A stretch of DNA of 64,000 bases, taken from positions 25,028 through 89,027 of the forward strand of contig DCAZ01000115.1 of NCBI GenBank assembly GCA_002313925.1, in the 5' to 3' direction. Every line of letters begins with the position of its first letter. Position 1 is the stretch's first letter. Shown here piece by piece: positions 1 through 9,094 of this stretch. This stretch comes from Gemmatimonadales bacterium UBA1120. GTDB lineage: Bacteria > Gemmatimonadota > Gemmatimonadetes > Longimicrobiales > Gaopeijiaceae. The position numbers were made by a program, and so were the translations under genes. The notes below the pieces were generated by a model. That model saw only the letters and a list, made by a program, of their open reading frames with translations, did not search any database and was not told the DNA's origin.

Positions 1-444
1 CTCTAGCTCATCATGAGACATCGTCAAACCAAGTCGGTTGATCGGAGCACCGAAGCGGCTAGACTGACCACAAATACGCACGTCGCAACATGCCGCAATC
101 TCCATACCACCTCCAACACATAGTCCTTCAATCAAACCAAGTGTTGGATGACAACACTCACGTACTGCGTTCATACCGCGAGATATCGCCTCTGAGTAAC
201 GCCTTGCATCCTCAGGTGTGTCGCGTTGGTCCACAAATGAAGATATGTCCGAACCTGTCGAAAATGCTCGGTCACCAGCTCCACGTATGATCACACAGCC
301 GATATCTGAATTCCTGGAGAGCTCATCGAATGCATCCGCTAGGGCTGCCCATCCCCGTAGGTCGAGAACATTGTGTTTCTCAGGGCAATCCAGAACTACT
401 TCTGCGATCCGTCCTTTGAGAGAAGTTCGAACCTGAGCATTCAT
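1..444 (-). CDS. enoyl-CoA hydratase/isomerase (crotonase) family protein, N-terminal part; the C-terminus runs off the window edge
   Basis: Own translation of the minus strand from ATG 444-442: MNAQVRTSLKGRIAEVVLDCPEKHNVLDL...IRGAGDRAFSTGSDISSF...GLCVGGGMEIAACCDVRICGQSSRFGAPINRLGL. This is a crotonase-fold signature. It is absent from the ORF track because no stop lies inside the window. The ATG overlaps the dctM stop (ATGA). Confidence 0.8.
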   Translation of the reverse strand, partial: MNAQVRTSLKGRIAEVVLDCPEKHNVLDLRGWAALADAFDELSRNSDIGCVIIRGAGDRAFSTGSDISSFVDQRDTPEDARRYSEAISRGMNAVRECCHPTLGLIEGLCVGGGMEIAACCDVRICGQSSRFGAPINRLGLTMSHDELE

Positions 445-1727
445 CGATAGAAGATTTCGACCAAGATCATTGGGATTGAAGGAACGTAGGTCACAAGCAA
501 TAGGACTGCGAGAAGCACCGCAACGAAGTAGACGTTGACCTTGCTGACTTCCCAGATATCAGCCTTCGCCACGGAACATGCGGTCACGAGGACTGACGCT
601 ACTGGAGGGGTCTGCTGCCCAATCCCAAGATTGAGGGTAACAACAAGCCCAAAGTGAACGGGATCAATGCCTGCAGCCAGAACAAGCGGCATCACGATCG
701 GAACAACAAGTATGATGGCAGCAGCCGAGTGCAGAAAAAGTCCAATCACCAGAAAGAAAGCATTGAGTAGTAGCAAAATCGCCCACCGATCCTGCGTAAG
801 GATCATTATGCCTTCAGCAACCCTCTGGGGTACACGGACCTCAGTCAGATAGTCTCCCAGTAGGGCCGAAGCAGCTACCAACAGCATTACCACAGCCGTC
901 TGGATACCGCCTTCCAATATTGCAGCCTTGAGACGGCTCCAATCGAGTTCTCGGTATACCACTCCACCAATGAGAACTGCAGCAACGACCGCGAGTCCTG
1001 CACCTTCTGTGGCGGTGACCCAACCGCCAAAGATTCCACCCAATATGATCAACGGAAGGGATAGTGCCCATATTGCTTCTTTAAAGGTTTCCCAGACACG
1101 AGAAAGTTTGAACATCTCTTCTGTCGGAAAGTTGTGCCGACGAGCTAACAGATACGCAACAAACATCATCATCAAGCCACCCAGCACTCCCGGAATAATC
1201 CCAGCAACAAAAAGCTCTACAACCGAGCTTCCTGACATGACACCATATAGGATCATCGGTATCGAGGGCGGAATGATGACGGCCAACGTTGCCGAGGATG
1301 ATGTAACAGCAGCAGCAAAGGAACTGGAGTAACCTTTGTTTTTCATCGCCGGAATCAGGATCGAGCCAAGGGCTGCAACGTCCGCAACAGCCGAACCGCT
1401 GATTTCTGCAAAAAACAACGAAGCACTGATCGTCACCATCGAAAGTCCGCCACGTACAAAGCCTACCAACGCAGAAGCGAACGCAACCAGCCTTCGGCTG
1501 ATCCCAGATGCATTCATGATCGCGCCAGCCAAAATAAAAAGTGGGATCGCGATCAGTGGGAACGACGTTGCCCCGCTAAACATCACCAACCCAACATTAG
1601 GTAGAGATGCAGCACCTCCGGGCCCTGTGATCATTGCCAGAACGGCGACCAGGCCCAGAGACACCGCTATCGGAATGCCGATCAGAACAAGTGCGAGTAA
1701 CACAACACCTATTCCAAGGAGACTCAT
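441..1727 (-). CDS. dctM: TRAP transporter large permease subunit (DctM family)
   Basis: 428 aa and highly hydrophobic with many TM segments. Size and sequence style are typical of DctM. It follows DctQ- and DctP-like genes with ATGA start/stop overlaps. Confidence 0.9.
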   Translation of the reverse strand: MSLLGIGVVLLALVLIGIPIAVSLGLVAVLAMITGPGGAASLPNVGLVMFSGATSFPLIAIPLFILAGAIMNASGISRRLVAFASALVGFVRGGLSMVTISASLFFAEISGSAVADVAALGSILIPAMKNKGYSSSFAAAVTSSSATLAVIIPPSIPMILYGVMSGSSVVELFVAGIIPGVLGGLMMMFVAYLLARRHNFPTEEMFKLSRVWETFKEAIWALSLPLIILGGIFGGWVTATEGAGLAVVAAVLIGGVVYRELDWSRLKAAILEGGIQTAVVMLLVAASALLGDYLTEVRVPQRVAEGIMILTQDRWAILLLLNAFFLVIGLFLHSAAAIILVVPIVMPLVLAAGIDPVHFGLVVTLNLGIGQQTPPVASVLVTACSVAKADIWEVSKVNVYFVAVLLAVLLLVTYVPSIPMILVEIFYR

Positions 1728-2254
1728 TGGGGGGGCTCACCGGTTGGGGAACCAGCATTCGGGGATGCCTCTGCGGATCCCAAGATGGGGTGCTTCATAG
1801 CATCGGGGAGTGATAGAAGTTGCGCTCCGATGAAGAGCATGGCACCGATCGGAATGACCGATTGAGCTACTGCCGCCGGCACCCACGGGAGTGAGATTAG
1901 CGTCGTACCACCGAGAACACTTAACACCTGAATTCCTGTCCAGGTAAGCGTTCCGAGGAAAGCAAGAACAAGAACCTCAGCAACGAGGACCACAAACATT
2001 CTCAGGTTGCCTGAGAGTTTGTCCACCAGAGTGGGTACTCCGATGTGGGCCCTATGTAGAGCTGCTAATGCTGCCCCATAGTAGGTCAACCAAGCGAGGA
2101 GAATGGACGCAACTTCATCGTACCAGACTAACGATGCTCCACTCTTCCGGAAGACAACCCCTACAACGACAACTAGAGCAAGCGAAGCCATCAGGGAGAG
2201 GACCACCCCTTCCAGAATCTTTTGTAGCCCAGTTCGAGCCTTTGTTAATGTCAC
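1724..2254 (-). CDS. dctQ: TRAP transporter small permease subunit (DctQ family)
   Basis: Hydrophobic 4-TM-type protein between dctP and dctM. The track ORF extends to 2335 and would overlap dctP by 70 nt. An in-frame GTG at 2254 lies just downstream of the dctP stop and gives about 177 aa, the usual DctQ size. The exact start is uncertain. Confidence 0.75.
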   Translation of the reverse strand: MTLTKARTGLQKILEGVVLSLMASLALVVVVGVVFRKSGASLVWYDEVASILLAWLTYYGAALAALHRAHIGVPTLVDKLSGNLRMFVVLVAEVLVLAFLGTLTWTGIQVLSVLGGTTLISLPWVPAAVAQSVIPIGAMLFIGAQLLSLPDAMKHPILGSAEASPNAGSPTGEPPQ

Positions 2255-2264
2255 CAGAGCCAGT

Positions 2265-3290
2265 TCAGTTTGACCCCGCTGCAACAGCACGCTCAACGAG
2301 AAGACCCCCTCCCTCAACTGCTTGGTCAAACTCATCGTAGATGTCGCTACTCGCTATCAAGAAGGCATCTCGATCAGGCCGTGTCACCTTAACTCCCTCA
2401 GCTTCAACCTGAGCCAAGAGCTCGTCGTCAAGTCGAGCTGCTGTGTCGTGAACAAATGTCTGAACCGAGCGAGCTTCTTCCTCCAAAACCCGGCGGACGT
2501 CAGCTGGTAACGCTGTCCAATGAGAAGATGAGACCACAACGTATCCAGGTGTATATACGTGGCCAGTGAGCGAAAGATGCTCCTGAACTTCATACAGTTT
2601 GGACCCCCAAATCTGTGCGAGCGGGTTCTCTTGGCCGTCTATCACACCAGTCTGCAGTCCTATAAAAACCTCGGAAAGGGCCATTGGAGTCGGGTTAGCA
2701 CCCAAGGTTTGAAAAAGTTTCACACGCCAAATACCACGAGGTGTTCGGAGCTTGATCCCAGAGAGATCATCGGGGCTTACAATTGGTCGAGTGTTATTCG
2801 TCACATGCCGAAAACCATTTTCCCACAGAGCAATGATCCGATAGCCCTCTTGTTCTGCGAGTGGTACCAGTTCAGGCCAAACGACCTCTTTTTCAATTTC
2901 ACGCATGTGCGCACGGTCCCGCACAAGATAGGGCATTTCAAATAGGCCAAATTCATCTATCCGTGAGGACATAACAGTAGACGGCAGTGCGAAGTCAACC
3001 GTACCGAGCTTGATCTTTTGGAGCAACAACTCATCGCCACCTAGTTGACTCGAGCCATATACCACGACCTCGAATCCATCTAGTCGCTCGTTGGCCCGAC
3101 GAGCAAATTCTTCGGCGGAAAGAGCAAACAGAGATCCCGGTTCACCGACATGACCAAAGGTGAGTTCTCGTGGCCCAGTCGCCCTCTCCGCACAGCTACC
3201 AAGTCCCAGGACGAAAGCGGATGCTGCCAGCACGAAAAACACTCGGATAAGCGTCGGTGTGGCTAACACGATCTCACGATTCCAGTTCAT
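2265..3290 (-). CDS. dctP: TRAP transporter substrate-binding protein (DctP family), lipoprotein/signal peptide
   Basis: 341 aa. N-terminal signal with LGLGSC lipobox. DctP-like motifs: GHVGEPGS, YGSSQLGGDELLLQKIKLGTVDF, FEMPYL, LRTP, GVIDGQENPL. The ATG overlaps the upstream aminotransferase stop (ATGA). Confidence 0.9.
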   Translation of the reverse strand: MNWNREIVLATPTLIRVFFVLAASAFVLGLGSCAERATGPRELTFGHVGEPGSLFALSAEEFARRANERLDGFEVVVYGSSQLGGDELLLQKIKLGTVDFALPSTVMSSRIDEFGLFEMPYLVRDRAHMREIEKEVVWPELVPLAEQEGYRIIALWENGFRHVTNNTRPIVSPDDLSGIKLRTPRGIWRVKLFQTLGANPTPMALSEVFIGLQTGVIDGQENPLAQIWGSKLYEVQEHLSLTGHVYTPGYVVVSSSHWTALPADVRRVLEEEARSVQTFVHDTAARLDDELLAQVEAEGVKVTRPDRDAFLIASSDIYDEFDQAVEGGGLLVERAVAAGSN

Positions 3291-4465
3291 TCAGCCTTGC
3301 TCTTATTAAGCAGGAATGCCATGGCGGCAGAAACCCCCTCCCTGTTGATCGGTACCCCGGCAGAAACTAACCCCATCTCCACCCCAGCAAGTGTCCCCAT
3401 GAGTGACAGGGCATTGAAGTAACCAAGATGTCCAACTCTAAAGATCCGACCCTGAAGCTTACCAAGACCCGTTCCCAAAGACATGTCAAATTGCTCCAAA
3501 ACGATCCTTCGCACCTCATCCGCGTCAACTCCATCTGGCATCATAACAGCTGTTAGCGCGTTGCTGGACTCAGCAGGTTCCAGTGGGTAGCCCTCTAAGC
3601 CCCAAGCAGAAACCGCCGCACGAGCTGCACCCGCAAGTCTTGTATGGCGCTGCAATACATCGGGCAAGCCCTCTTCACGAAGCATCGACAGTGCTTCGTC
3701 GAGTCCAAAGAAGAGGTTTGTGGCCGGTGTGTAGGGGAAAAACCCGTTCTTGTTAAACTCCAAGTGATCGCGCCAACTCCAGTACGAGTTAGGTAATCCA
3801 GGTGATTCACTAGCAGCAAGAGCCCTCGGACTTAGTGCGACAAACGACAGACCCGGAGGAAGCATAAGCCCCTTCTGAGAACCAGTGACCGTCACATCCA
3901 CCCCCCATTCATCATGCCGGAAATCAGTCACTCCAAGGGATGACACCGTATCCACCATAAGAAGTGCCGGGCAGCTGGATTCTCGCAAAGCATTACCGAT
4001 CGCCGCGACATCGCTAGTTACCCCGGTCGATGTTTCGTTGTGTACCACCAAAATAGCCTTGACGTTACGCGCCTTTTCCGAATGGAGCGCTTCCATCACT
4101 GCATCGGCTGTCAGACCCCGACGCGAGTCCCAAGGTTTGAACTGCACGTGCAGACCGAAGCGCCCAGCGACCTCTGCCCACTTCTCAGCAAAAAAACCTT
4201 GATTGAACGCCAGCACACCGTCACCGGGTGACAGCACATTGGTGATCGCTGCCTCCCATGCACCTGTTGCAGATGACGGATAGATGAGGACAGGATGTTC
4301 GGTTCTAAAAACCAGCTTCATTTCCCCTAGGAGTCGGTGAGTCATCGCTTGGAACTCTGGACCACGATGATCAATTGTTGGCCGAGACATCGCGCGCAGT
4401 ACACGATCCGGCACATTGGTCGGTCCCGGCAGCTGTAGGAAGTGGCGTCCGCTTTGGTAGGGCAC
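3287..4465 (-). CDS. class-V PLP aminotransferase (serine-pyruvate / alanine-glyoxylate aminotransferase type)
   Basis: N-terminus GRHFLQLPGPTNVPDRVLRAMSRPTIDHRGPEF and an internal GSQKGLMLPPG (PLP-lysine region) are typical of the AGXT/SPT family. The track ORF runs to 4576 and would overlap the divergent gene at 4567. An in-frame GTG at 4465 (VPYQSGRHF...) is the more plausible start. Confidence 0.85.
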   Translation of the reverse strand: MPYQSGRHFLQLPGPTNVPDRVLRAMSRPTIDHRGPEFQAMTHRLLGEMKLVFRTEHPVLIYPSSATGAWEAAITNVLSPGDGVLAFNQGFFAEKWAEVAGRFGLHVQFKPWDSRRGLTADAVMEALHSEKARNVKAILVVHNETSTGVTSDVAAIGNALRESSCPALLMVDTVSSLGVTDFRHDEWGVDVTVTGSQKGLMLPPGLSFVALSPRALAASESPGLPNSYWSWRDHLEFNKNGFFPYTPATNLFFGLDEALSMLREEGLPDVLQRHTRLAGAARAAVSAWGLEGYPLEPAESSNALTAVMMPDGVDADEVRRIVLEQFDMSLGTGLGKLQGRIFRVGHLGYFNALSLMGTLAGVEMGLVSAGVPINREGVSAAMAFLLNKSKAE

Positions 4466-4566
4466 GAGCGTCTGTGGTTGGGTGCAACCCGGGTCAGGGA
4501 GCCGTAGACTCACGCCGACGAGAAGGTTCAACTTACACAGTCCCCTAGCGCCCGACACTATCACAC

Positions 4567-7446
4567 ATGGCCGCAAGCGATATCCAACCCGGAGATCCTG
4601 GGCTCGAGAAGAAGCTCCGACACGCAGTGGAAGGAGAAGTGCGTTTTGATGCCTTCACACGTGGGATATTCTCTACTGATGCTTCTCACTACCAGGTCGA
4701 ACCACTCGGCGTTGTCTTTCCTGCAACTGCAGAAGATATCCAAGTAGTCATGGAAGTAGCCCGGGAGGAGAACGTTCCTGTGCTTCCGCGCGGTGCGGGA
4801 ACCTCCCAGTGCGGCCAAACGGTAGGTCGTGCGATTGTCGTCGACGTTAGCCGCCATCTCAACCAAATAGGTGGTATGAATGGCGATGAGATCGAAGTCG
4901 AACCTGGGGTGGTCCTAGACCATTTGAACGCCCGTTTACGGCAGCGGCATCAGTGGTTTCCAGTCGATCCTTCCACTGGGAGTCGTGCAACACTCGGGGG
5001 AATGGCGGGAAATAATAGCGCGGGTGCCCGCTCTCTCCGATATGGAACGATGGTAGATAACGTCTCGGCCATCGAAGTAGTGCTCCCAGACGGTCGCAGA
5101 CTCTGGCTAGGGTCAGAAGAGTCCGAAGAGCACTACATGCCGACTGAACTCGCGTTCTTGAGAAACCTCTATGCGAATCATGCAGCAGAAATCATTCAGC
5201 GCACACCCAAGACGATGCGGAATGTGGCTGGTTACAATCTTGCCAGTCTAAATCCAAACCAGGAAAATCTCGCGCAACTCTTGGTGGGCTCCGAAGGGAC
5301 CCTCGCATTCTTTGTGCGTTTGCGTCTGAAGCTCAGCCCACTACTTCGCTCAAGAGTTCTGGGTATTTGCCACTTCGATGGTCTACTCAAAGCACTCGAC
5401 ACCGTCCAGCATATCGTAAAGCTGAGCCCAACTGCGGTAGAGCTGATAGACCAGAACATCTTGAGCCTTGGAGCAAGACACCCAGACTTCCGGAGTGCCA
5501 TGAGTGATTTCGTGACAGGCACCCCAAAAGCGTTACTCCTAGTCGAGTTTTCCGAAGAACTTCCAGGGACAGACCTGGGCGATAAGCTGAATGAACTTGA
5601 GGAACTTTTGAGCGAGTTAGGGCACCCGAACAGTGTAGTGCGTGCAGAAACTGAATCACTCCAATCAGCAGCCTGGAGTGTACGCAAGGAAGGTCTCAAT
5701 ATCGTGATGTCGATGGCAGGTCCCAGAAAGCCCATTTCGTTCATCGAGGACTGTGCGGTGCCACTAGAACACCTGTCTAGCTACGCTCGGCATGTGGACG
5801 AGATTTTTTCTAAGCATGGAGTAGAGGGGACCTGGTACGCACACGCGTCTGTTGGATGTCTGCACGTTCGCCCTGCCCTAAACCTCAGGGATCCTAGTGA
5901 CGTTCGCCGCATGCGCGCGATTGCGGAAGAGACCCATGAGGTCGTGCGGCGCTACGGAGGGACACACTCCGGAGAACACGGTGACGGCTTCCTTAGATCA
6001 GAGTTTATCAAGCCGATGCTGGGTGAACGGATGGAACGGATCTTTGGAGAAGTTAAAGAGACTTTCGACCCTCATGGTCTCATGAATCCCGGTAAGATTA
6101 TCAATCCCCCTCGGATGGATGACCCTACTTTATTCAGGTTCCAAGCCGAAAATGTAGAGAAGAAGCTACCAGTGGTCTTAGACTGGTCTCAGGACGGGGG
6201 AGTCCTAACTGCACTGGAACAATGCAACAACAATGGTGCGTGCCTCAAATCAGATCCAGGGGTGATGTGTCCCTCATATCGTGTCACTCAAGATGAACGA
6301 CATTCGACCCGAGGACGAGCTAATGCGCTCCGACTCGCCGTTACCGGACAACTCGGTGCAACCGGCCTAGATTCACCAGAGATGGCAGAGGCAATGTCGC
6401 TGTGTATTTCTTGTAAGGGATGTAAGCGAGAGTGCCCAACCGGCATCGACATGGCGGCCTTGAAATTGGAGTGGCAGTATCACCAAAATCGACACTCAGG
6501 TGTTCCCATCCGAACGCGATTGCTAGGAGGGTTGCCACGAGTAGCACCCTGGGCAACGCAAATCGGACAGTTAGTGAATTTCCTCGGAAAACTACCCCTT
6601 GGGCGTCGCGTGCTCGGCTTTGCTCCCACGCGAAAGTTACCCCAATGGCACGGGTCACCCTGGAACGACAGTGAACTCCCACCCCCGGCCACCGTTACTG
6701 GTCCAGCTGACGTCATACTTTTCGTTGATACTTTCACGAGGTGGTTTGAACCTGAGGTTCCCCGGGCAGCTAAAAACTTGCTAGAAGCAGGCGCGTGGCA
6801 GACCCAAACACTGCAGCATCCAGGTCGTCCACTCTGTTGCGGACGTACCTACCTAAGTGGGGGTATGCTTGACGAGGCGAAACGAGAACTCCGACGCGTC
6901 TTGGACGCATTGGCTCCAGCAGCGCGGGCAGGAACATGGATCGTCGGATTAGAGCCATCTTGCATCTACACCTTACGGGATGAGGCGCCTGCATTACTAC
7001 CAGGGGACGATGCGGATGTGGTAGCCGAGCGAGTACTACTCCTAGAGGAGTTCCTCGACCAAGAATGGGCACAAGGCCACACTCTTTCTTTTAAACCACT
7101 TAAAAAGCGGCGACTCAAGGTGCACGGTCATTGTCACCAAAAAGCATTTGGCACAGTCAATGCCAGTGTCCGAATGCTGGAGAGAATTCCGGACTTAACC
7201 GTAGAGGAGATCCCTTCAGGATGCTGCGGCATGGCCGGGGCATTCGGCTATCAAGCCGAGCACTACGACGTGTCGATGGCAATGGCTGAATTGGACTTGC
7301 TACCGGCAGTTCGGGCCACAGACGAGACAACAGAAATCGTCGCGAGCGGGACAAGTTGTCGCGCTCAAATCAGGGACGGGACAGGCCGGACGGCCCTACA
7401 CCCTGCGGTGTTACTCCAAAGAGCACTTACAGAACCGGGCGACTAA
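4567..7446 (+). CDS. FAD-linked oxidase fused to a 4Fe-4S dicluster and CCG cysteine-rich domains (YdiJ-like; candidate 2-hydroxy-acid dehydrogenase)
   Basis: 959 aa. N-terminal FAD_binding_4-type region (VVFPATAEDIQVVMEVAREENVPVLPRGAGTSQCGQ). FAD-oxidase C-terminal region (GTHSGEHGDG). Two ferredoxin-type Cys clusters (CNNNGACLKSDPGVMCP; CISCKGCKRECP). Two CCG repeats (LCCGRTY; GCCGMAG). Confidence 0.85.
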   Translation: MAASDIQPGDPGLEKKLRHAVEGEVRFDAFTRGIFSTDASHYQVEPLGVVFPATAEDIQVVMEVAREENVPVLPRGAGTSQCGQTVGRAIVVDVSRHLNQIGGMNGDEIEVEPGVVLDHLNARLRQRHQWFPVDPSTGSRATLGGMAGNNSAGARSLRYGTMVDNVSAIEVVLPDGRRLWLGSEESEEHYMPTELAFLRNLYANHAAEIIQRTPKTMRNVAGYNLASLNPNQENLAQLLVGSEGTLAFFVRLRLKLSPLLRSRVLGICHFDGLLKALDTVQHIVKLSPTAVELIDQNILSLGARHPDFRSAMSDFVTGTPKALLLVEFSEELPGTDLGDKLNELEELLSELGHPNSVVRAETESLQSAAWSVRKEGLNIVMSMAGPRKPISFIEDCAVPLEHLSSYARHVDEIFSKHGVEGTWYAHASVGCLHVRPALNLRDPSDVRRMRAIAEETHEVVRRYGGTHSGEHGDGFLRSEFIKPMLGERMERIFGEVKETFDPHGLMNPGKIINPPRMDDPTLFRFQAENVEKKLPVVLDWSQDGGVLTALEQCNNNGACLKSDPGVMCPSYRVTQDERHSTRGRANALRLAVTGQLGATGLDSPEMAEAMSLCISCKGCKRECPTGIDMAALKLEWQYHQNRHSGVPIRTRLLGGLPRVAPWATQIGQLVNFLGKLPLGRRVLGFAPTRKLPQWHGSPWNDSELPPPATVTGPADVILFVDTFTRWFEPEVPRAAKNLLEAGAWQTQTLQHPGRPLCCGRTYLSGGMLDEAKRELRRVLDALAPAARAGTWIVGLEPSCIYTLRDEAPALLPGDDADVVAERVLLLEEFLDQEWAQGHTLSFKPLKKRRLKVHGHCHQKAFGTVNASVRMLERIPDLTVEEIPSGCCGMAGAFGYQAEHYDVSMAMAELDLLPAVRATDETTEIVASGTSCRAQIRDGTGRTALHPAVLLQRALTEPGD

Positions 7447-7495
7447 GGCCCACTGATGGATAAGCCCGGATCGATGCAAAGTTGATTCGTACTGC

Positions 7496-9094
7496 CTAAC
7501 TCAATTTGACCACAACCGCAGTAGATACTTCGGGTAGATCCAGGAGTGCATCACGAACTTTCGTATCTACCGTGCCGTCTACTGCGATAGCAGCTATGGC
7601 TTCCCCTCCCGCAGTAAGCCGAGCCTGGTGGTATTCGGCAATATTGATCGCGTGGCCCCCCAAAAGGGTTCCGACCCGGCCGATAACGCCTGGTACATCT
7701 TGGTTCCTTAGCACAATCAGTGTTCCGTCAGGCACAATATCAACATGATAATCTCGGATTCGAACAATTCGGGGATGTGCGTCACCCAACAGAGCACCAG
7801 CAAGTCTCAGATTCTCGCCTTCAGCCTTAACGATGATCTCAACAAACTCAGAATAGTCAGTTCGTCTGGAGAGATAGGCTTGTGAGATGCCGATTCCGCG
7901 CTGTCTGGCAAGATATCCAGCACTGACAAAATTCACCTTCCGTGACCCCATAATGTTCTTGAGCAATCCCATGAGAACATACGCGGTCAGAGATGGAAGA
8001 ACTTCTTCAAGCCCACCTGAGTAACGCACCTCTATACCCCTGATTCCACCTTTAGCAAGCGCACATGCGAGAATTCCTAAGCGTTGACCAAGAGCAAAAA
8101 TAGGTCCGCATTCCTGCAGTGTGGCACCTCCAAAGGCTGGGGCATTGAGAGCATGAGAAAGATCGCCCTCTAGGAGTGCAGCCTTGACGGCCCCACTGAT
8201 CTCGGTAGCGACCAATTCCTGAGCCTCCAGTGTCGAGGCCCCAAGGTGGGGGGTAAGTACTACGCCAGAAGCCTTACGTAACGGGCTGTCGTCTTCGAGT
8301 GGTTCGTTTTCATAAACGTCAAGCGCAGCCCCTGCGATTCTTTCTTCATTCAGCGCCACTGCAAGAGCCGCCTCATCGATGACTTGACCTCTTGAGACAT
8401 TCACAATGAAGGCGCTCTTTTTCATGCGGGATATAGTTTTCTGGTCAATCATCCCTCGAGTGTCATCTGTAAGTGGAACATGTAAAGATAGGACGTCTGC
8501 ACTCTCAATGACTGTTCCCAGATCAGCACGGTTCAGACCCAGTTCCTTAGCTCTTTCATCAGTGAGATATGGGTCACTAACCACAACGTGCATACCAAAG
8601 GCACGACAGCGCTGCGCAACTTCCTGGCCAACACGGCCAGCACCAACTAGGCCAAGCGTGCGACCTCGAAGTTCTGCTCCCTTGAAGCGACCCCGATCCC
8701 ACTCCCCTCGGCGGACTGAAGCATCAGCACTCGGAACTCTGCGAACCACCGAGAGCATCAGTGCAAGTGTGAGCTCCGCAGCAGATACGGTATTACCCGC
8801 AGGCGCGTTGAGTACCGCAATGCCACGCTCGGTAGCCGCATCTAGATCAATATTGTCAACACCAACCCCGGCGCGCCCAATAACTTTCAGGCTCTGGGCC
8901 TCAGCCAACATGTCAGAGTCAATCTTCGTAGCGCTCCTGACTATCAAACCATCAGCACTAGGCAGCGCATTACGAAAGTCAGTGGAAGATGAATCATTGA
9001 TCTCGACGAGTTTGAACTGACTATCTTCTCGTAATAGCTGCAGGCCGCTCCCGGAGATGTTGTCAGTAACGAGAACGGAAAACGTCAACGCCAT
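7496..9094 (-). CDS. serA: D-3-phosphoglycerate dehydrogenase, long (type I) form with ASB and ACT domains
   Basis: 532 aa. VLVTD...GLIVRSATK, GRAGVGVDNID, NAD-binding GLVGAGRVGQEVA, VNVSRG, PHLGAST. The C-terminal ACT-like segment is VLRNQDVPGVIGRVGTLLG. Confidence 0.92.
   Translation of the reverse strand: MALTFSVLVTDNISGSGLQLLREDSQFKLVEINDSSSTDFRNALPSADGLIVRSATKIDSDMLAEAQSLKVIGRAGVGVDNIDLDAATERGIAVLNAPAGNTVSAAELTLALMLSVVRRVPSADASVRRGEWDRGRFKGAELRGRTLGLVGAGRVGQEVAQRCRAFGMHVVVSDPYLTDERAKELGLNRADLGTVIESADVLSLHVPLTDDTRGMIDQKTISRMKKSAFIVNVSRGQVIDEAALAVALNEERIAGAALDVYENEPLEDDSPLRKASGVVLTPHLGASTLEAQELVATEISGAVKAALLEGDLSHALNAPAFGGATLQECGPIFALGQRLGILACALAKGGIRGIEVRYSGGLEEVLPSLTAYVLMGLLKNIMGSRKVNFVSAGYLARQRGIGISQAYLSRRTDYSEFVEIIVKAEGENLRLAGALLGDAHPRIVRIRDYHVDIVPDGTLIVLRNQDVPGVIGRVGTLLGGHAINIAEYHQARLTAGGEAIAAIAVDGTVDTKVRDALLDLPEVSTAVVVKLS

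Noticed and set aside
4466-4576. N-terminal extension of the aminotransferase ORF (MRPCVIVSGARGLCKLN...) that overlaps the divergent gene start at 4567.
   Set aside because: The extension has no family counterpart, since AGXT-type enzymes begin a few residues before GRHFLQxPGPT. It would also leave no promoter space between the divergent genes. The internal GTG at 4465 is preferred.
8406-9020. 204-aa plus-strand ORF.
   Set aside because: It lies entirely antisense within serA. Its Ser/Arg/Pro/Thr-rich low-complexity translation is typical of a shadow ORF.
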